In this document: in pieces, positions 1 to 9,226 of the stretch
How positions within the stretch are numbered: the first letter of the stretch is position 1
How the letters are laid out: every line of letters begins with the position of its first letter
NCBI GenBank assembly: GCA_963977445.1
Contig: CAXBPH010000051.1
Coordinates: forward strand, 1-32,483
DNA length: 32,483 nt
Direction of reading: 5' to 3'
From: an uncultured bacterium
Lineage (GTDB): Bacteria; Hydrogenedentota; Hydrogenedentia; Hydrogenedentales; JAEUWI01
Made by a program: the position numbers and the translations under genes
Notes under the pieces: model-generated
Database searches by the model: none
Told to the model about the DNA's origin: nothing
What the model saw: only the letters and a program-made list of their open reading frames with translations

Positions 1-1
1 C

Positions 2-2200
2 AGCGCCCCGGCGGGCCTGCTGATGCACGAAAATCCCCGTTGGGAACCTATCGTCGACAAGGTTTACCTGCAGGCATTTTCCAAACGCATGGAAACGGAC
101 CAGCCCCTGACGACGGTGGCGGTATACGATGGCCGGGCCTATACCGGTGGGCCATCGGGGCTCTACCACGTTGGTGCAGCAGGTTTGGAGCCCGTAGACG
201 GAGTGAGCGGCCCGGTGAGTTTGCTCGTTGTTGCGGACGCTAAACTCTGGGCCATCGCGGGCGAAATCCTTCACAAGTTCGATGGGGAGGCGTGGGTACC
301 CATCGCGCTGGACAACGTAGTCGACCTCTGCGCCGATGGAAAGGCGGTCATTGTCGCCACCAATAACGCGCTGTATCGCATGGCAGGCAACACGCCCGCA
401 CGACTGACCGAGGATACGCAGGCAACGATATTGGGCGTTGCGGCCTACAGCGGCACCTACTATGTCCACGATGGTCACCGGGTTGGCCTCATGGAAGAGG
501 GCAAGATCACCTTTGATTATCTCTCCGACTGGGGAACCCTGCAGCGGGGCAGCACCATTCGCGATATCCTCGGCGTGGGCAGCCGCCTCGTGTTGGCCAC
601 CGATAAGGGCCTTGCCCTCCTGCGGGGTATGACGTGGTATCCCATCTTGGGCGAAGATGGGCTGTGCGTCGAAGACACCACGACGCTGGCGGAAGGCTTT
701 GAAAATGACTTGTGGATTGGCACCAATCGGGGAGCCATCCGCAATGTGGACGGTGAATACCAGTACTTCGGAAAAGGTCGCTGGCTACCCCATGACCAGG
801 TGAATGCCATTGCCAGCGGCGATGATGTGGTTTACCTCGCGACAGCGGGTGGGCTCGGCATCGTAACCTATGAGCCCTACACCCTGGCCAAGAAAGCGGC
901 CTACTACGAGCGCTGGATGAACGAGTGGGGCCAGAAACGGTTGGGCTTCGTCCATTCCCTTAACCTCATCGACGGCGAATGGGTCCGGGAAGTCAGTGAC
1001 AACGATGTGGGCTACAGCAGCCACTACCTGGCGGCGAAATGCTACGAGTATGCCGTGACCGGTTCCGAAGCAGCCCGGGCCGAGGCCGTCAACATGATGA
1101 AGTCGGTGAAGTGGAGCGAGGAGATTACCTCCATAGATGGCTTTCCCGCGCGTTCCATTTACAACGTGGGGGAACCGACCCTGAAGGCCATGCACGGCTC
1201 CGGTGGTTTGCCTGCCGAGTGGCACGCCACGGACGACGGGACCTGGGAGTGGAAGGGCGACACCTCCAGCGACGAGACGGACGCCCATCTCTATGAAACC
1301 ATGATTTTTCTTCAACTGGTCGCCAATGAGGAAGAGCGGGTCTGGGCCACGGAACATCTTCATCGTGTCTTTGGTCATATCGTGGACAACGGCTTCATGT
1401 TGCGGGATGTGGATGGCGAGGCGACCCGTTGGGCACGGTGGGATCCGGAATATCTCCAGACGCCCTATGGGTATTATGCCCGGGGCCTCAACGGCATGGA
1501 GGCCTTCAGCTATATGGTGACGGCCCTCCACTTTACGGGGGACAAGAAATTTTTCGAAGGAAAACAACAACTGCTCGACTGGAATTACCAGGCCGACATC
1601 CTGCGTCAAAAACTCACCTTCCATCCTGGTTATTTTACGCCCTTTGATGACCGTCTTGCGTTCTATACCTACTATTCCCTGATTCAGTATGAAACCGACC
1701 CGGAGCTGAAGCGACTCTGGCGGCGGAGCCTGGAGCGGGGCTGGGAAATCAAACGAATCGAAGGCGTGCCGTGGTTTAATTTTATCTACGGGGCCCTGAC
1801 CGGCAATGACTGTGAAACGGATCGCGCCGTCAGCCACCTGCGCGACTGGCCCATGGACCTGCATCGCTACACCTTTCGCAATTCCCATCGGGATGATTTG
1901 CAGACGCCCGAGGGCTATCGCATGTATTCGGAACGGCCGCGACCCCTCAGCCCCCGGGAAACCGAGCCCAATCGTTGGGATGGTGATTTTATGCGCCTCG
2001 ACGGGGGAACCGGCGCTGCGGTCGTCGCGGATTGTGGTGGCTGGCTCGACGCCTATTGGATGGGCCGTTACTACGGCATGATCACCGCCCCGCAGACCAA
2101 CGACCCCTCCATGACCTCCGTGCCAGACCGGGGACTCCATGTCGGAGCGAAGCCCTACGACGGTCCGGAACGGCCCAAGCTTAAGCACGAAATGGAGTGA
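2..2200 (+). CDS. Uncharacterised protein: N-terminal beta-propeller (two-component-regulator-propeller-like repeats) fused to a C-terminal helical, possibly (alpha/alpha)-barrel glycosidase-like domain; probably 5'-truncated
   Basis: 725-aa ORF from ATG 23. The frame is open to the window edge (SAPAGLL-M), so the true start is probably upstream. Propeller-type repeats LVLATDKGL, LWIGTNRGA, VYLATAGGL. C-terminal half is rich in Trp/Tyr/Asp (WKGDTSSDE). Its stop overlaps the next gene's GTG (GTGA). Confidence 0.75.
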   Translation, partial: SAPAGLLMHENPRWEPIVDKVYLQAFSKRMETDQPLTTVAVYDGRAYTGGPSGLYHVGAAGLEPVDGVSGPVSLLVVADAKLWAIAGEILHKFDGEAWVPIALDNVVDLCADGKAVIVATNNALYRMAGNTPARLTEDTQATILGVAAYSGTYYVHDGHRVGLMEEGKITFDYLSDWGTLQRGSTIRDILGVGSRLVLATDKGLALLRGMTWYPILGEDGLCVEDTTTLAEGFENDLWIGTNRGAIRNVDGEYQYFGKGRWLPHDQVNAIASGDDVVYLATAGGLGIVTYEPYTLAKKAAYYERWMNEWGQKRLGFVHSLNLIDGEWVREVSDNDVGYSSHYLAAKCYEYAVTGSEAARAEAVNMMKSVKWSEEITSIDGFPARSIYNVGEPTLKAMHGSGGLPAEWHATDDGTWEWKGDTSSDETDAHLYETMIFLQLVANEEERVWATEHLHRVFGHIVDNGFMLRDVDGEATRWARWDPEYLQTPYGYYARGLNGMEAFSYMVTALHFTGDKKFFEGKQQLLDWNYQADILRQKLTFHPGYFTPFDDRLAFYTYYSLIQYETDPELKRLWRRSLERGWEIKRIEGVPWFNFIYGALTGNDCETDRAVSHLRDWPMDLHRYTFRNSHRDDLQTPEGYRMYSERPRPLSPRETEPNRWDGDFMRLDGGTGAAVVADCGGWLDAYWMGRYYGMITAPQTNDPSMTSVPDRGLHVGAKPYDGPERPKLKHEME

Positions 2201-3591
2201 CTGATCCCATGAAGCGAGATTTTGTATTCGGCATGATCCTGAGTTTACTTTTCGGCGTGGCTGCCTACGCCGGAGACAAGCCCAACATTGTCGTGATTTT
2301 TGCCGATGATTTGGGCTACGGCGACCTGGGTGTTTTCGGGCATCCCACCATACAGACGCCCGAGCTGGACAAGATGGCTGCGGAGGGTCAGAAATGGACC
2401 AGCTTCTACACGGCGGCGTCGGTGTGCACACCCAGCCGCGCGGGGCTCCTAACCGGCCGCCTACCCGTCCGCAACGGCATGTGCAGCAGTAAACGGCGCG
2501 TCCTCTTTCCCAATTCGTCGGGGGGCATCCCGGAGAGCGAAGTGCTCCTGCCGGAAGCCCTCAAGGCCCAGGGCTACGCCACCGGGGCGGTGGGCAAATG
2601 GCACCTCGGCCACCTGCCCCAATACCTCCCCACCAACAACGGCTTCGATTCCTACTTCGGCATCCCCTACAGCAACGACATGGATCGGGATGGCAAGGTC
2701 GACCGTGACCATTCCTTTCGGGAGCCAGAGAACGCCTATTTCAATGTGCCCCTCCTGCGCGGCGTAGAGGAAATCGAACGCCCCGCCGACCAGACCACCA
2801 TCACCAAACGCTACACGGAAGAGGCCACGAAGTTTATCCGCGAACACAAGGCGGGGCCCTTCTTCCTGTACTTGGCCCACTCCATGCCCCACGTGCCTCT
2901 CTTTGCCTCTACGGACTTTGTAGAGACCAGCCGACGCGGCCTCTATGGCGACGTCATCCAGGAAATCGACTGGAGCGTGGGCCAGGTATTACAGACCCTC
3001 CGGAACGAGGGTCTGGAGAAGAACACCCTCGTGGTCTTCACCTCAGACAATGGCCCCTGGCTCATCTTTAAGGAACAGGGCGGCTCGGCGGGACTCCTCC
3101 GGGGCGGCAAGGGTGGCACCTTCGAAGGCGGCATGCGGGTCCCGACCGTCTTCTGGTGGCCCGACACCATCACGCCCGCCGTGGTCGCCGACATGGGCTC
3201 GACGCTGGATCTCTTCGCCACAGTCGCAGGCCTTTCTGGCGCGACGGTTCCGGACGACCGCGTCATGGACAGCCACGATCTCGGCCCGGTCTTGCGCGGA
3301 GAAGGTCGGAGCCCCCGGGAGACCATGTTTTTCTACCGGGGTTCGGAAATATTCGCCGTGCGCCAGGGACCCTTCAAGGCCCACTTCCAGACCCAAGGCG
3401 AATACGGTGGCTCCAAACTCGCCCAACACGATCCGCCGTTGCTCTATAATCTCGACCATGACCCCAGCGAGCAGTATGATGTAGCCGAGAATAATCCTGA
3501 GGCGATTGCTGCGATACGCGCCACCCTCGCCGCCCACAATAGCGCGCTGATTCGCGGAGAAGACCAATTGGCCAGGCGTATTGGGGAGTAG
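2197..3591 (+). CDS. Arylsulfatase A-like sulfatase (Cys/formylglycine type), secreted
   Basis: PNIVVIFADDLGYGDL, CTPSRAGLLTGR (CxPxR), GKWHLG, FTSDNGP motifs and an N-terminal signal peptide. Alternative ATG at 2209. Confidence 0.95.
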   Translation: MTDPMKRDFVFGMILSLLFGVAAYAGDKPNIVVIFADDLGYGDLGVFGHPTIQTPELDKMAAEGQKWTSFYTAASVCTPSRAGLLTGRLPVRNGMCSSKRRVLFPNSSGGIPESEVLLPEALKAQGYATGAVGKWHLGHLPQYLPTNNGFDSYFGIPYSNDMDRDGKVDRDHSFREPENAYFNVPLLRGVEEIERPADQTTITKRYTEEATKFIREHKAGPFFLYLAHSMPHVPLFASTDFVETSRRGLYGDVIQEIDWSVGQVLQTLRNEGLEKNTLVVFTSDNGPWLIFKEQGGSAGLLRGGKGGTFEGGMRVPTVFWWPDTITPAVVADMGSTLDLFATVAGLSGATVPDDRVMDSHDLGPVLRGEGRSPRETMFFYRGSEIFAVRQGPFKAHFQTQGEYGGSKLAQHDPPLLYNLDHDPSEQYDVAENNPEAIAAIRATLAAHNSALIRGEDQLARRIGE

Positions 3592-3774
3592 TCTTACGTC
3601 ATTAGTCGACGCCTGAGCTCCGATGTAGCAATGGGACGCATGGGTCTTATGGCTCCAGAGCAAGGTTTAAGACTACGGCCCAACGGTAGCGTCCTTGACC
3701 TTCCCTTGAATAACGTCCCGAAACATGAAACCATAGACGTCTGGCAAATGCATGACTATACCTGAGGCTTGGAC

Positions 3775-4065
3775 ATGAATCGACAACACGCACTAGAATT
3801 GCTTGCCCAGAGCAAGGGGGACTTACAGGAGCGCTATGGCGTTGTCCGGCTTGCACTATTTGGCTCAACGGCCCGAAACGAGGCAGGGGCCCAAAGCGAT
3901 ATCGACATACTCGTTGGGTTCGATGGCCCCGCCACTTCGTCCAAGTACTTCGGTGCGCTCTTTTACCTGGAAGATCTCTTCCAGTGCCCTGTCGATCTCG
4001 TAACCGAAAAGGCGTTGCGGCCCGAACTAAGGCCCTATATCGAAGAGGAGAAGGTGCGTGCCTGA
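3775..4065 (+). CDS. Minimal nucleotidyltransferase (MNT/MntA-like) antitoxin
   Basis: 96 aa from ATG 3775. LFGSTARNEAGAQSDIDILV matches the GSX10DXD motif; VDLVT. Overlaps the downstream HEPN gene. Confidence 0.92.
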   Translation: MNRQHALELLAQSKGDLQERYGVVRLALFGSTARNEAGAQSDIDILVGFDGPATSSKYFGALFYLEDLFQCPVDLVTEKALRPELRPYIEEEKVRA

Positions 4066-4414
4066 GAACGGCCCACGGGAGTGGCGATTCTATCTCGATG
4101 ACATGATAGGATTCGTCGAACGAGTTTTGACCTACACGGAAGGGTTAGACCAGCCCGCCTTTGTGGATAGCGGCCTAAACTACGATGCAACTCTTCGAAA
4201 TCTCGAGCTAATCGGTGAGGCTGCATCTCACGTACCGTTGTCCGTACGTTCTGAATATCACGATGTCCCCTGGCGCCAGATCGTTGCAACGCGCAATCGT
4301 CTTATTCACGGCTACCTGGGAATCGACAACGACACATTGTGGAGTATTATTCAGGACGACATCCCGGACCTGTTAACACGACTTCAATTAATTCGAAACG
4401 CCTATCGCACTTGA
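4058..4414 (+). CDS. HEPN-domain RNase toxin (DUF86/HepT-like)
   Basis: RNLELIGEA and RNRLIHGY (RX4HXY HEPN motif). 8-nt overlap with the MNT gene. Confidence 0.92.
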   Translation: MPENGPREWRFYLDDMIGFVERVLTYTEGLDQPAFVDSGLNYDATLRNLELIGEAASHVPLSVRSEYHDVPWRQIVATRNRLIHGYLGIDNDTLWSIIQDDIPDLLTRLQLIRNAYRT

Positions 4415-4475
4415 CAGGAAGCCCGTCTTCTTAATTGTTACCCCAAAGAAAAGCCCCAAGAAAGCCACCAACACC

Positions 4476-5672
4476 GTGTACCGTATTGCTTCGATTGCCC
4501 TCCTCTGCCTTTTTGCCGCCACGGCCCAGGCCGACCCGCGCCACGTCTATCTCACCTACTCCGATGCGCCCGAAACCACCATCGACGTAAACATCATCAC
4601 CGACCGGAAAACCGACCGGGTCCATGTCTTCTATGACGAGACGGCCCATGGCGACGAGCGGAGTGCCTACCGCCACGTGCTGGAGGCGGTCTACTACCCA
4701 TCGCCCATGGAGCTGGCCGACCAGCGGGCACTTTATGTCGCAAAACTTACCGACCTGAAGCCGGGCACGGCCTATCACTTTGCCGCCGGAGACGACACCT
4801 ACGGCTTCACCTACGATCGAAAATTTCGCACCCTCCCCGGTGGTGATGCACCCATTCGTTTTGTGAACGGCGGCGACATGGGTATGGACAATCGGGCCAT
4901 CGGTATCTTGAAAGAAGCCGCAAAGCATGACCCCGATTTCGCGGTCATCGGCGGCGACCTGGCCTATGCCAACGGTATGATCGGCAATGAAGAATTGTGG
5001 GACGGTTGGTTCGACAACTGGGATACCTTTATGCGCCGGAGTGATGGCTGCATGGTGCCCCTCATCACCTGCATCGGCAACCACGAAGTGAATAAGACGG
5101 CCTACGCCGAGCCCGAGTTGCGCTCCCCCTGGTATCTGCCGCTCTTCGGGCGTCAGGGCGACGAGGTGTATTTTTCACGGGCCGTGGGTAACAACATGGT
5201 CTTTGTCGTTCTCGACAGCGGTTACCTGAATACCTTTGATGGTCCGCAAGCGACCTGGCTTCAGCAGACCCTCGAAGAAAACCGCGACGTGCCCCACAAA
5301 TTCGCCGTCTATCATATGCCGCTCTACCCCGCCTTCAGTGATTACAATGGCGCCAGGCAGACCCTGGCCCGCGCTACCTGGGGATCGCTCTTCGACACCT
5401 ATGGCGTCCGCGTGGCCTTCGAACATGACGACCATGTAGCCAAGCGATCCAAGCCCCTCAAGGGAGATAAGATTGCGGAGACAGGGACCGTCTACGTGGG
5501 CGATGGGGCCATGGGGCGGGAAAGTCGCAATGTTGACCGTGAACTGCGTTGGTACGATGTCATGGAGGAAAGCCGGGTTCACTTCTGGCTCGTCGACGTG
5601 ACCAAGGACGCCGTTTCGCTTCAGGCCATCGACCGAAAAGGGGAAGTCTTCGACACGTTCACCCTGCCGTAA
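4476..5672 (+). CDS. Purple acid phosphatase-like metallophosphoesterase with N-terminal FN3-like domain, secreted
   Basis: Signal peptide; LTDLKPGTAYHF (FN3-like); GDMG, GDLAY, GNHE, VYH and EHDDH metal-site motifs. Confidence 0.88.
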   Translation: MYRIASIALLCLFAATAQADPRHVYLTYSDAPETTIDVNIITDRKTDRVHVFYDETAHGDERSAYRHVLEAVYYPSPMELADQRALYVAKLTDLKPGTAYHFAAGDDTYGFTYDRKFRTLPGGDAPIRFVNGGDMGMDNRAIGILKEAAKHDPDFAVIGGDLAYANGMIGNEELWDGWFDNWDTFMRRSDGCMVPLITCIGNHEVNKTAYAEPELRSPWYLPLFGRQGDEVYFSRAVGNNMVFVVLDSGYLNTFDGPQATWLQQTLEENRDVPHKFAVYHMPLYPAFSDYNGARQTLARATWGSLFDTYGVRVAFEHDDHVAKRSKPLKGDKIAETGTVYVGDGAMGRESRNVDRELRWYDVMEESRVHFWLVDVTKDAVSLQAIDRKGEVFDTFTLP

Positions 5673-5974
5673 ATAAGCAAAGATAGATTGCAAGCGAATC
5701 ACCTGTTTTGCGACATTCCAGCTCTTATCGCTGGCGGCGTGGCTACAATCTCCCAGAAGAGACTGTGGCAATTGGGAGCGCAGGTCTCGGACGCGCCGAA
5801 GGAGGGCGGCCCGCCTGCCACGGGCCGAAGGCACGTTGCTTTTACAATCTCGACGTAATGCCGAAGCGCCTTGCGTTCTTGAATCGCTCCCAGTCCCGCA
5901 GGTAGGCTGGCCTACATCATTCGCAGGATGCTTATCGCATTCGGCGCCATCGTCCACCCGGAAGGAAGTTCATC

Positions 5975-6856
5975 ATGTCAACGCAACAAATCGCCGTCGT
6001 CGGCGGTGGTTTTATGGGGTCGGGCATCGCACAGCTCGCGGCGACCAACGGCCACGACGTCATCCTCATCGAACGTTCCGATTCCGATATTGAGCGGGCG
6101 CTGGGAAACATCGAATGGTCTCTTAGAAAGCTTCACAAAAAGGAGCTTATCGTGGCGAGTCCCGACTCCATCTTGAAGCGTATCACCACCACCACCAAGC
6201 TGACCGCGGCACGAACCGCCGACCTCGTTTTCGAGGCCGTCCCGGAGATTATCCACGAAAAGCAGGAGGTTTTCCGCATTCTGGATCAGTGCTGCAAACC
6301 GAGCACCTGTTTCGCCTCCAATACCTCTACCATTCCCATACGCCTCCTGGCCGAAGCCACAAATCGGCCGGAAAAAGTCGTGGGTACCCATTTCTTCTTT
6401 CCTGTCCCTCTCAACCCGCTCCTTGAGCTGATTCCCGCACCCATGACCAGTGCGGAGACCCTCATCCAGTTCAGGACGGTCTGCGAATCCTTCGGGAAAT
6501 TTATTGTTAACGTGAAGAAGGACACCCCTGGATTCATCATGAACCGGGTCTTTGGCGCCATGACTTGCGAGGCCATCCGACTGGTGGAAGAGGGTGTCTG
6601 CACCGTGACCGATGTGGACAAAGGCCTGACCACGGGCTACGGCATGATGCAGGGCCCCCTGGCCAAGGCAGACATGGCCGGCCTCGATGTGTGCCTGCTC
6701 GCCTTCTCTCACATTTACGAAATCGGGAAGATTGAGTCCCTGCGGCCCCCCGACCTCCTCGTGAAGCTGGTGGAAGCGGGGCACCACGGCATTAAGAGTG
6801 GCCGTGGCTTCTACCACTACGACAACGAGGGAAAACCCACCGGCCCGGCAATGTAA
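5975..6856 (+). CDS. 3-hydroxyacyl-CoA (3-hydroxybutyryl-CoA) dehydrogenase family
   Basis: Rossmann VVGGGFMGSGIA, EAVPE, ASNTST, GTHFF-P, PGFIMNR, GIKSGRGFY. RBS GGAAGGAAG upstream. Confidence 0.93.
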   Translation: MSTQQIAVVGGGFMGSGIAQLAATNGHDVILIERSDSDIERALGNIEWSLRKLHKKELIVASPDSILKRITTTTKLTAARTADLVFEAVPEIIHEKQEVFRILDQCCKPSTCFASNTSTIPIRLLAEATNRPEKVVGTHFFFPVPLNPLLELIPAPMTSAETLIQFRTVCESFGKFIVNVKKDTPGFIMNRVFGAMTCEAIRLVEEGVCTVTDVDKGLTTGYGMMQGPLAKADMAGLDVCLLAFSHIYEIGKIESLRPPDLLVKLVEAGHHGIKSGRGFYHYDNEGKPTGPAM

Positions 6857-6894
6857 CGGGTTGGAGCGAATTGGGGTAGTCCGTGTTCCAGGCC

Positions 6895-8694
6895 CTACTT
6901 GCTGACGGCGGTGCCGATACCCGAACTCCCGTAGCCGTTGCCACAATAGAAGAGTCGCAGGTGGTTGCCTTCCACGATGACGGAGGGGTATTCGACCATC
7001 TGCTTTTCCCAGCCCGTGCCCGTCGGCGTCAGCTGGAGGTTATCGTCTACCTTTTCGCCCCGACGCCAATGGTAGCCGTCGTCGGATTCGGCATAGGCGA
7101 TGGCATAGTACCCCCAGCGCGTGCCAATGGCGGAATACCACATGCGGAAACCGCCCGATGGCGTCTGGTGTACGACGGGACCAGCCACGGCGATATCTTC
7201 ATAGCCCCGGTTGGGGTCGCGATACATGACCGCCCCTTTTTTCGTCCAGGTGACACCATCTTGTGACACGGCGAGACAAATGACTTTCTGCTGATTGAGG
7301 GGCAGGGGTGCGCCGATGGTGGGGCAGCCGGTGTAGTAATAGCGCCACTCTGTGGTGCCATCGGGGAGGGTCGCCTCCATGACCGAACCACCCGCAATAC
7401 CAATAGCATCGGGGTCGCCGTGTTGCCCGGAAGGCGCGAGGACCGGCTCCGTGCCATGCTTCTCCCAGGTGATGCCGTCGCGGCTCGTAGCGAGTCCAAT
7501 GCCGGGGAAAGCACTCAACCCTTCGCCGATACCGCTGTTGCCGGTGTAGTAGAGATGCCACTGGTCGGGGGCGAAGCGGACGACATGGGGCAACACACAC
7601 CACCGTCCGTCAAAGGCACCTTTGGGTCCGGGCGATACCACGGGGCCATGGCGGGTCCAGTCGCGGGGATTGGAGACGGGGGCCGTGGCCTTGCAGATTT
7701 GGTGGAGTCCTTTGTCATCGCCACCACCGTAATAGAGGTGGTATTCGTCGCCCACCTGGAGGGCCCAGGGATTCATGCAACGGGTGCTGTCGAAGGTACT
7801 CCCGGGCATGGGGGGCAACACGGCCGTATCCGACTCACGCTGCCAGGTGACAGACTCTTTCAGTGGGGCGTATTCCGCTTCGTGGGAAAGACGCTGCACC
7901 ACAATTTCCGAAGTCTTCCGCCGGATGCCAAAGAGGATGCCGATGTCGGAACGATCCCAGGCAATGCCCTGGCCATAACTCGCCGCAGGCAGGGTGTCTA
8001 CCAGTTCCAGCACCGTGCCCGACGGGGGCAGGCGGAGCGCATAGGTCTCGGGGTGGTCGTGTCCCGTTACATAGAGGAGTCCATTGGGTCCCCACGAGCC
8101 CCCGGAATTGGTTGCGGGGAGAAAACGCTGGATAACGGCTTCCGGAAAGGTCCACGACGCGGCGGGCTGCCCGTTGTCATCCAATTTGACCAGTGTCGTG
8201 CGACGAATGTTTTCCACGTCGCCATAGGTCGCATAGACGGCCCACCAGACGCCATCATGAAAATCGACCCAGTTCAGCGCCTTATCCGTCATGCCTGCGG
8301 GGCGACTCTCGAGATGGGTCAGGGTTGCGGCGTCCCAGATTTCAATCGTGTTTTCATAAGGCGTCTCGGGCCAGTTGGAGTGGCCGCAATAGAGTTTGCC
8401 ATCGACCACCGTGCCCCCATTGAGATGACGCAGGTGAGAGCCTTCGGGGGCCTTCCAGGTGTTGACCGGCTCGCCCGTGAACTTGTCGTATTTGCCGATA
8501 GCGTCGTTCGTGATGGCATAGACATGTTCGGCGTCTATCGCCACGCCCTGATGGGCTTCCGCGGCGGGAAAGGCGCGAAGTTCACGAAAAAGCCGTTGGG
8601 GTGAGGCGGAAACGGCCGAGATGGCAAAAGCAAAGATGAGCAGGAAAGCGAGGGTATAGCGCCAGGGGGAAAAAAGGCGTGTCGACAGATGCAT
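6895..8694 (-). CDS. Secreted two-domain beta-propeller protein; C-terminal five-bladed glycoside-hydrolase-like (GH32/43/130 clan-like) domain
   Basis: Signal-like N-terminus. C-terminal half has about five repeats of the type P-V-x-x-G-x-Y/W-H/R-L/M-Y/W-Y-x-G...IG-x-A-x-S-x-DG-x-x-W (Asp-box-like SRDGITW, SQDGVTW, SDDGYHW). Confidence 0.75.
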   Translation of the reverse strand: MHLSTRLFSPWRYTLAFLLIFAFAISAVSASPQRLFRELRAFPAAEAHQGVAIDAEHVYAITNDAIGKYDKFTGEPVNTWKAPEGSHLRHLNGGTVVDGKLYCGHSNWPETPYENTIEIWDAATLTHLESRPAGMTDKALNWVDFHDGVWWAVYATYGDVENIRRTTLVKLDDNGQPAASWTFPEAVIQRFLPATNSGGSWGPNGLLYVTGHDHPETYALRLPPSGTVLELVDTLPAASYGQGIAWDRSDIGILFGIRRKTSEIVVQRLSHEAEYAPLKESVTWQRESDTAVLPPMPGSTFDSTRCMNPWALQVGDEYHLYYGGGDDKGLHQICKATAPVSNPRDWTRHGPVVSPGPKGAFDGRWCVLPHVVRFAPDQWHLYYTGNSGIGEGLSAFPGIGLATSRDGITWEKHGTEPVLAPSGQHGDPDAIGIAGGSVMEATLPDGTTEWRYYYTGCPTIGAPLPLNQQKVICLAVSQDGVTWTKKGAVMYRDPNRGYEDIAVAGPVVHQTPSGGFRMWYSAIGTRWGYYAIAYAESDDGYHWRRGEKVDDNLQLTPTGTGWEKQMVEYPSVIVEGNHLRLFYCGNGYGSSGIGTAVSK

Positions 8695-8776
8695 GAAGGA
8701 CTCCGGTAGCGTTGGGGACGGTTTTTGGTTGATTGTAGCGCTCGATACCTATGGTGTAAAGGGCGAGAAAGTATTG

Positions 8777-8961
8777 GTAGGGGAGTCTGGCACTCCTGCC
8801 GGGCATACAAGTGCGGGGATATTTATATGATAATTTGTGTCACGTGCGTAGACGCGGTGTGGAATCGCCGAAGCCTATGGGTTCTTTGAATGACTTCGAG
8901 TGCGATTTGGAAACCCAGGTGCGCCTTGTGTCGGGCAGGAATGCCCAACCCCCTGTTGGTG
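8777..8961. repeat. REP-doublet (REPIN-like) element, family B copy 1
   Basis: 8777-8811 (GTAGGGGAGTCTGGCACTCCTGCCGGGCATACAAG) and 8925-8961 (CTTGTGTCGGGCAGGAATGCCCAACCCCCTGTTGGTG) are imperfect inverted copies. Each holds a small GGCA-N4-TGCC hairpin. Confidence 0.7.
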
Positions 8962-9226
8962 CGACCCGCCTCCGCCAGGTTGGCTTGTGTAAAGACTGAG
9001 TCGGATGTAGCGCTCGGCCCTTCCTCGTTAATGTCGTCGTGCCACGCGATCCGGTCCTGCCGGTTCGTGTGTTTTACGATCGGGGAACCGTTACGGAAAT
9101 TTCTACGGCGATTCTAACGCATCGTGTCCCAGCCTATATAAGGCTTCTACCCTCAAGATGCGGCCCCGCTTGAGGATGGCACTCCGACGGCGCTCTTGTT
9201 AACCCAATCAGAAGTCATGCCGCGTT

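Noticed and set aside
785..2431. Long antisense ORFs (785-2431 minus; also 11211-12914, 7420-8604, 24434-25402 plus; 5978-6946, 26207-27181 minus)
   Set aside because: They lie opposite genes with clear family motifs and have no motifs of their own; typical shadow ORFs of GC-rich coding DNA.
8734..9016. 11-bp direct repeat TGTAGCGCTCG (8734, 9006) as a target-site duplication of the REP doublet
   Set aside because: The copies lie 30-45 bp outside the doublet ends and there is no equivalent around the second doublet; may be chance.
9151..9175. CCTCAAG...CTTGAGG hairpin as terminator of the 9227-10927 gene
   Set aside because: The stem is interrupted and lacks a U-run on the minus strand.
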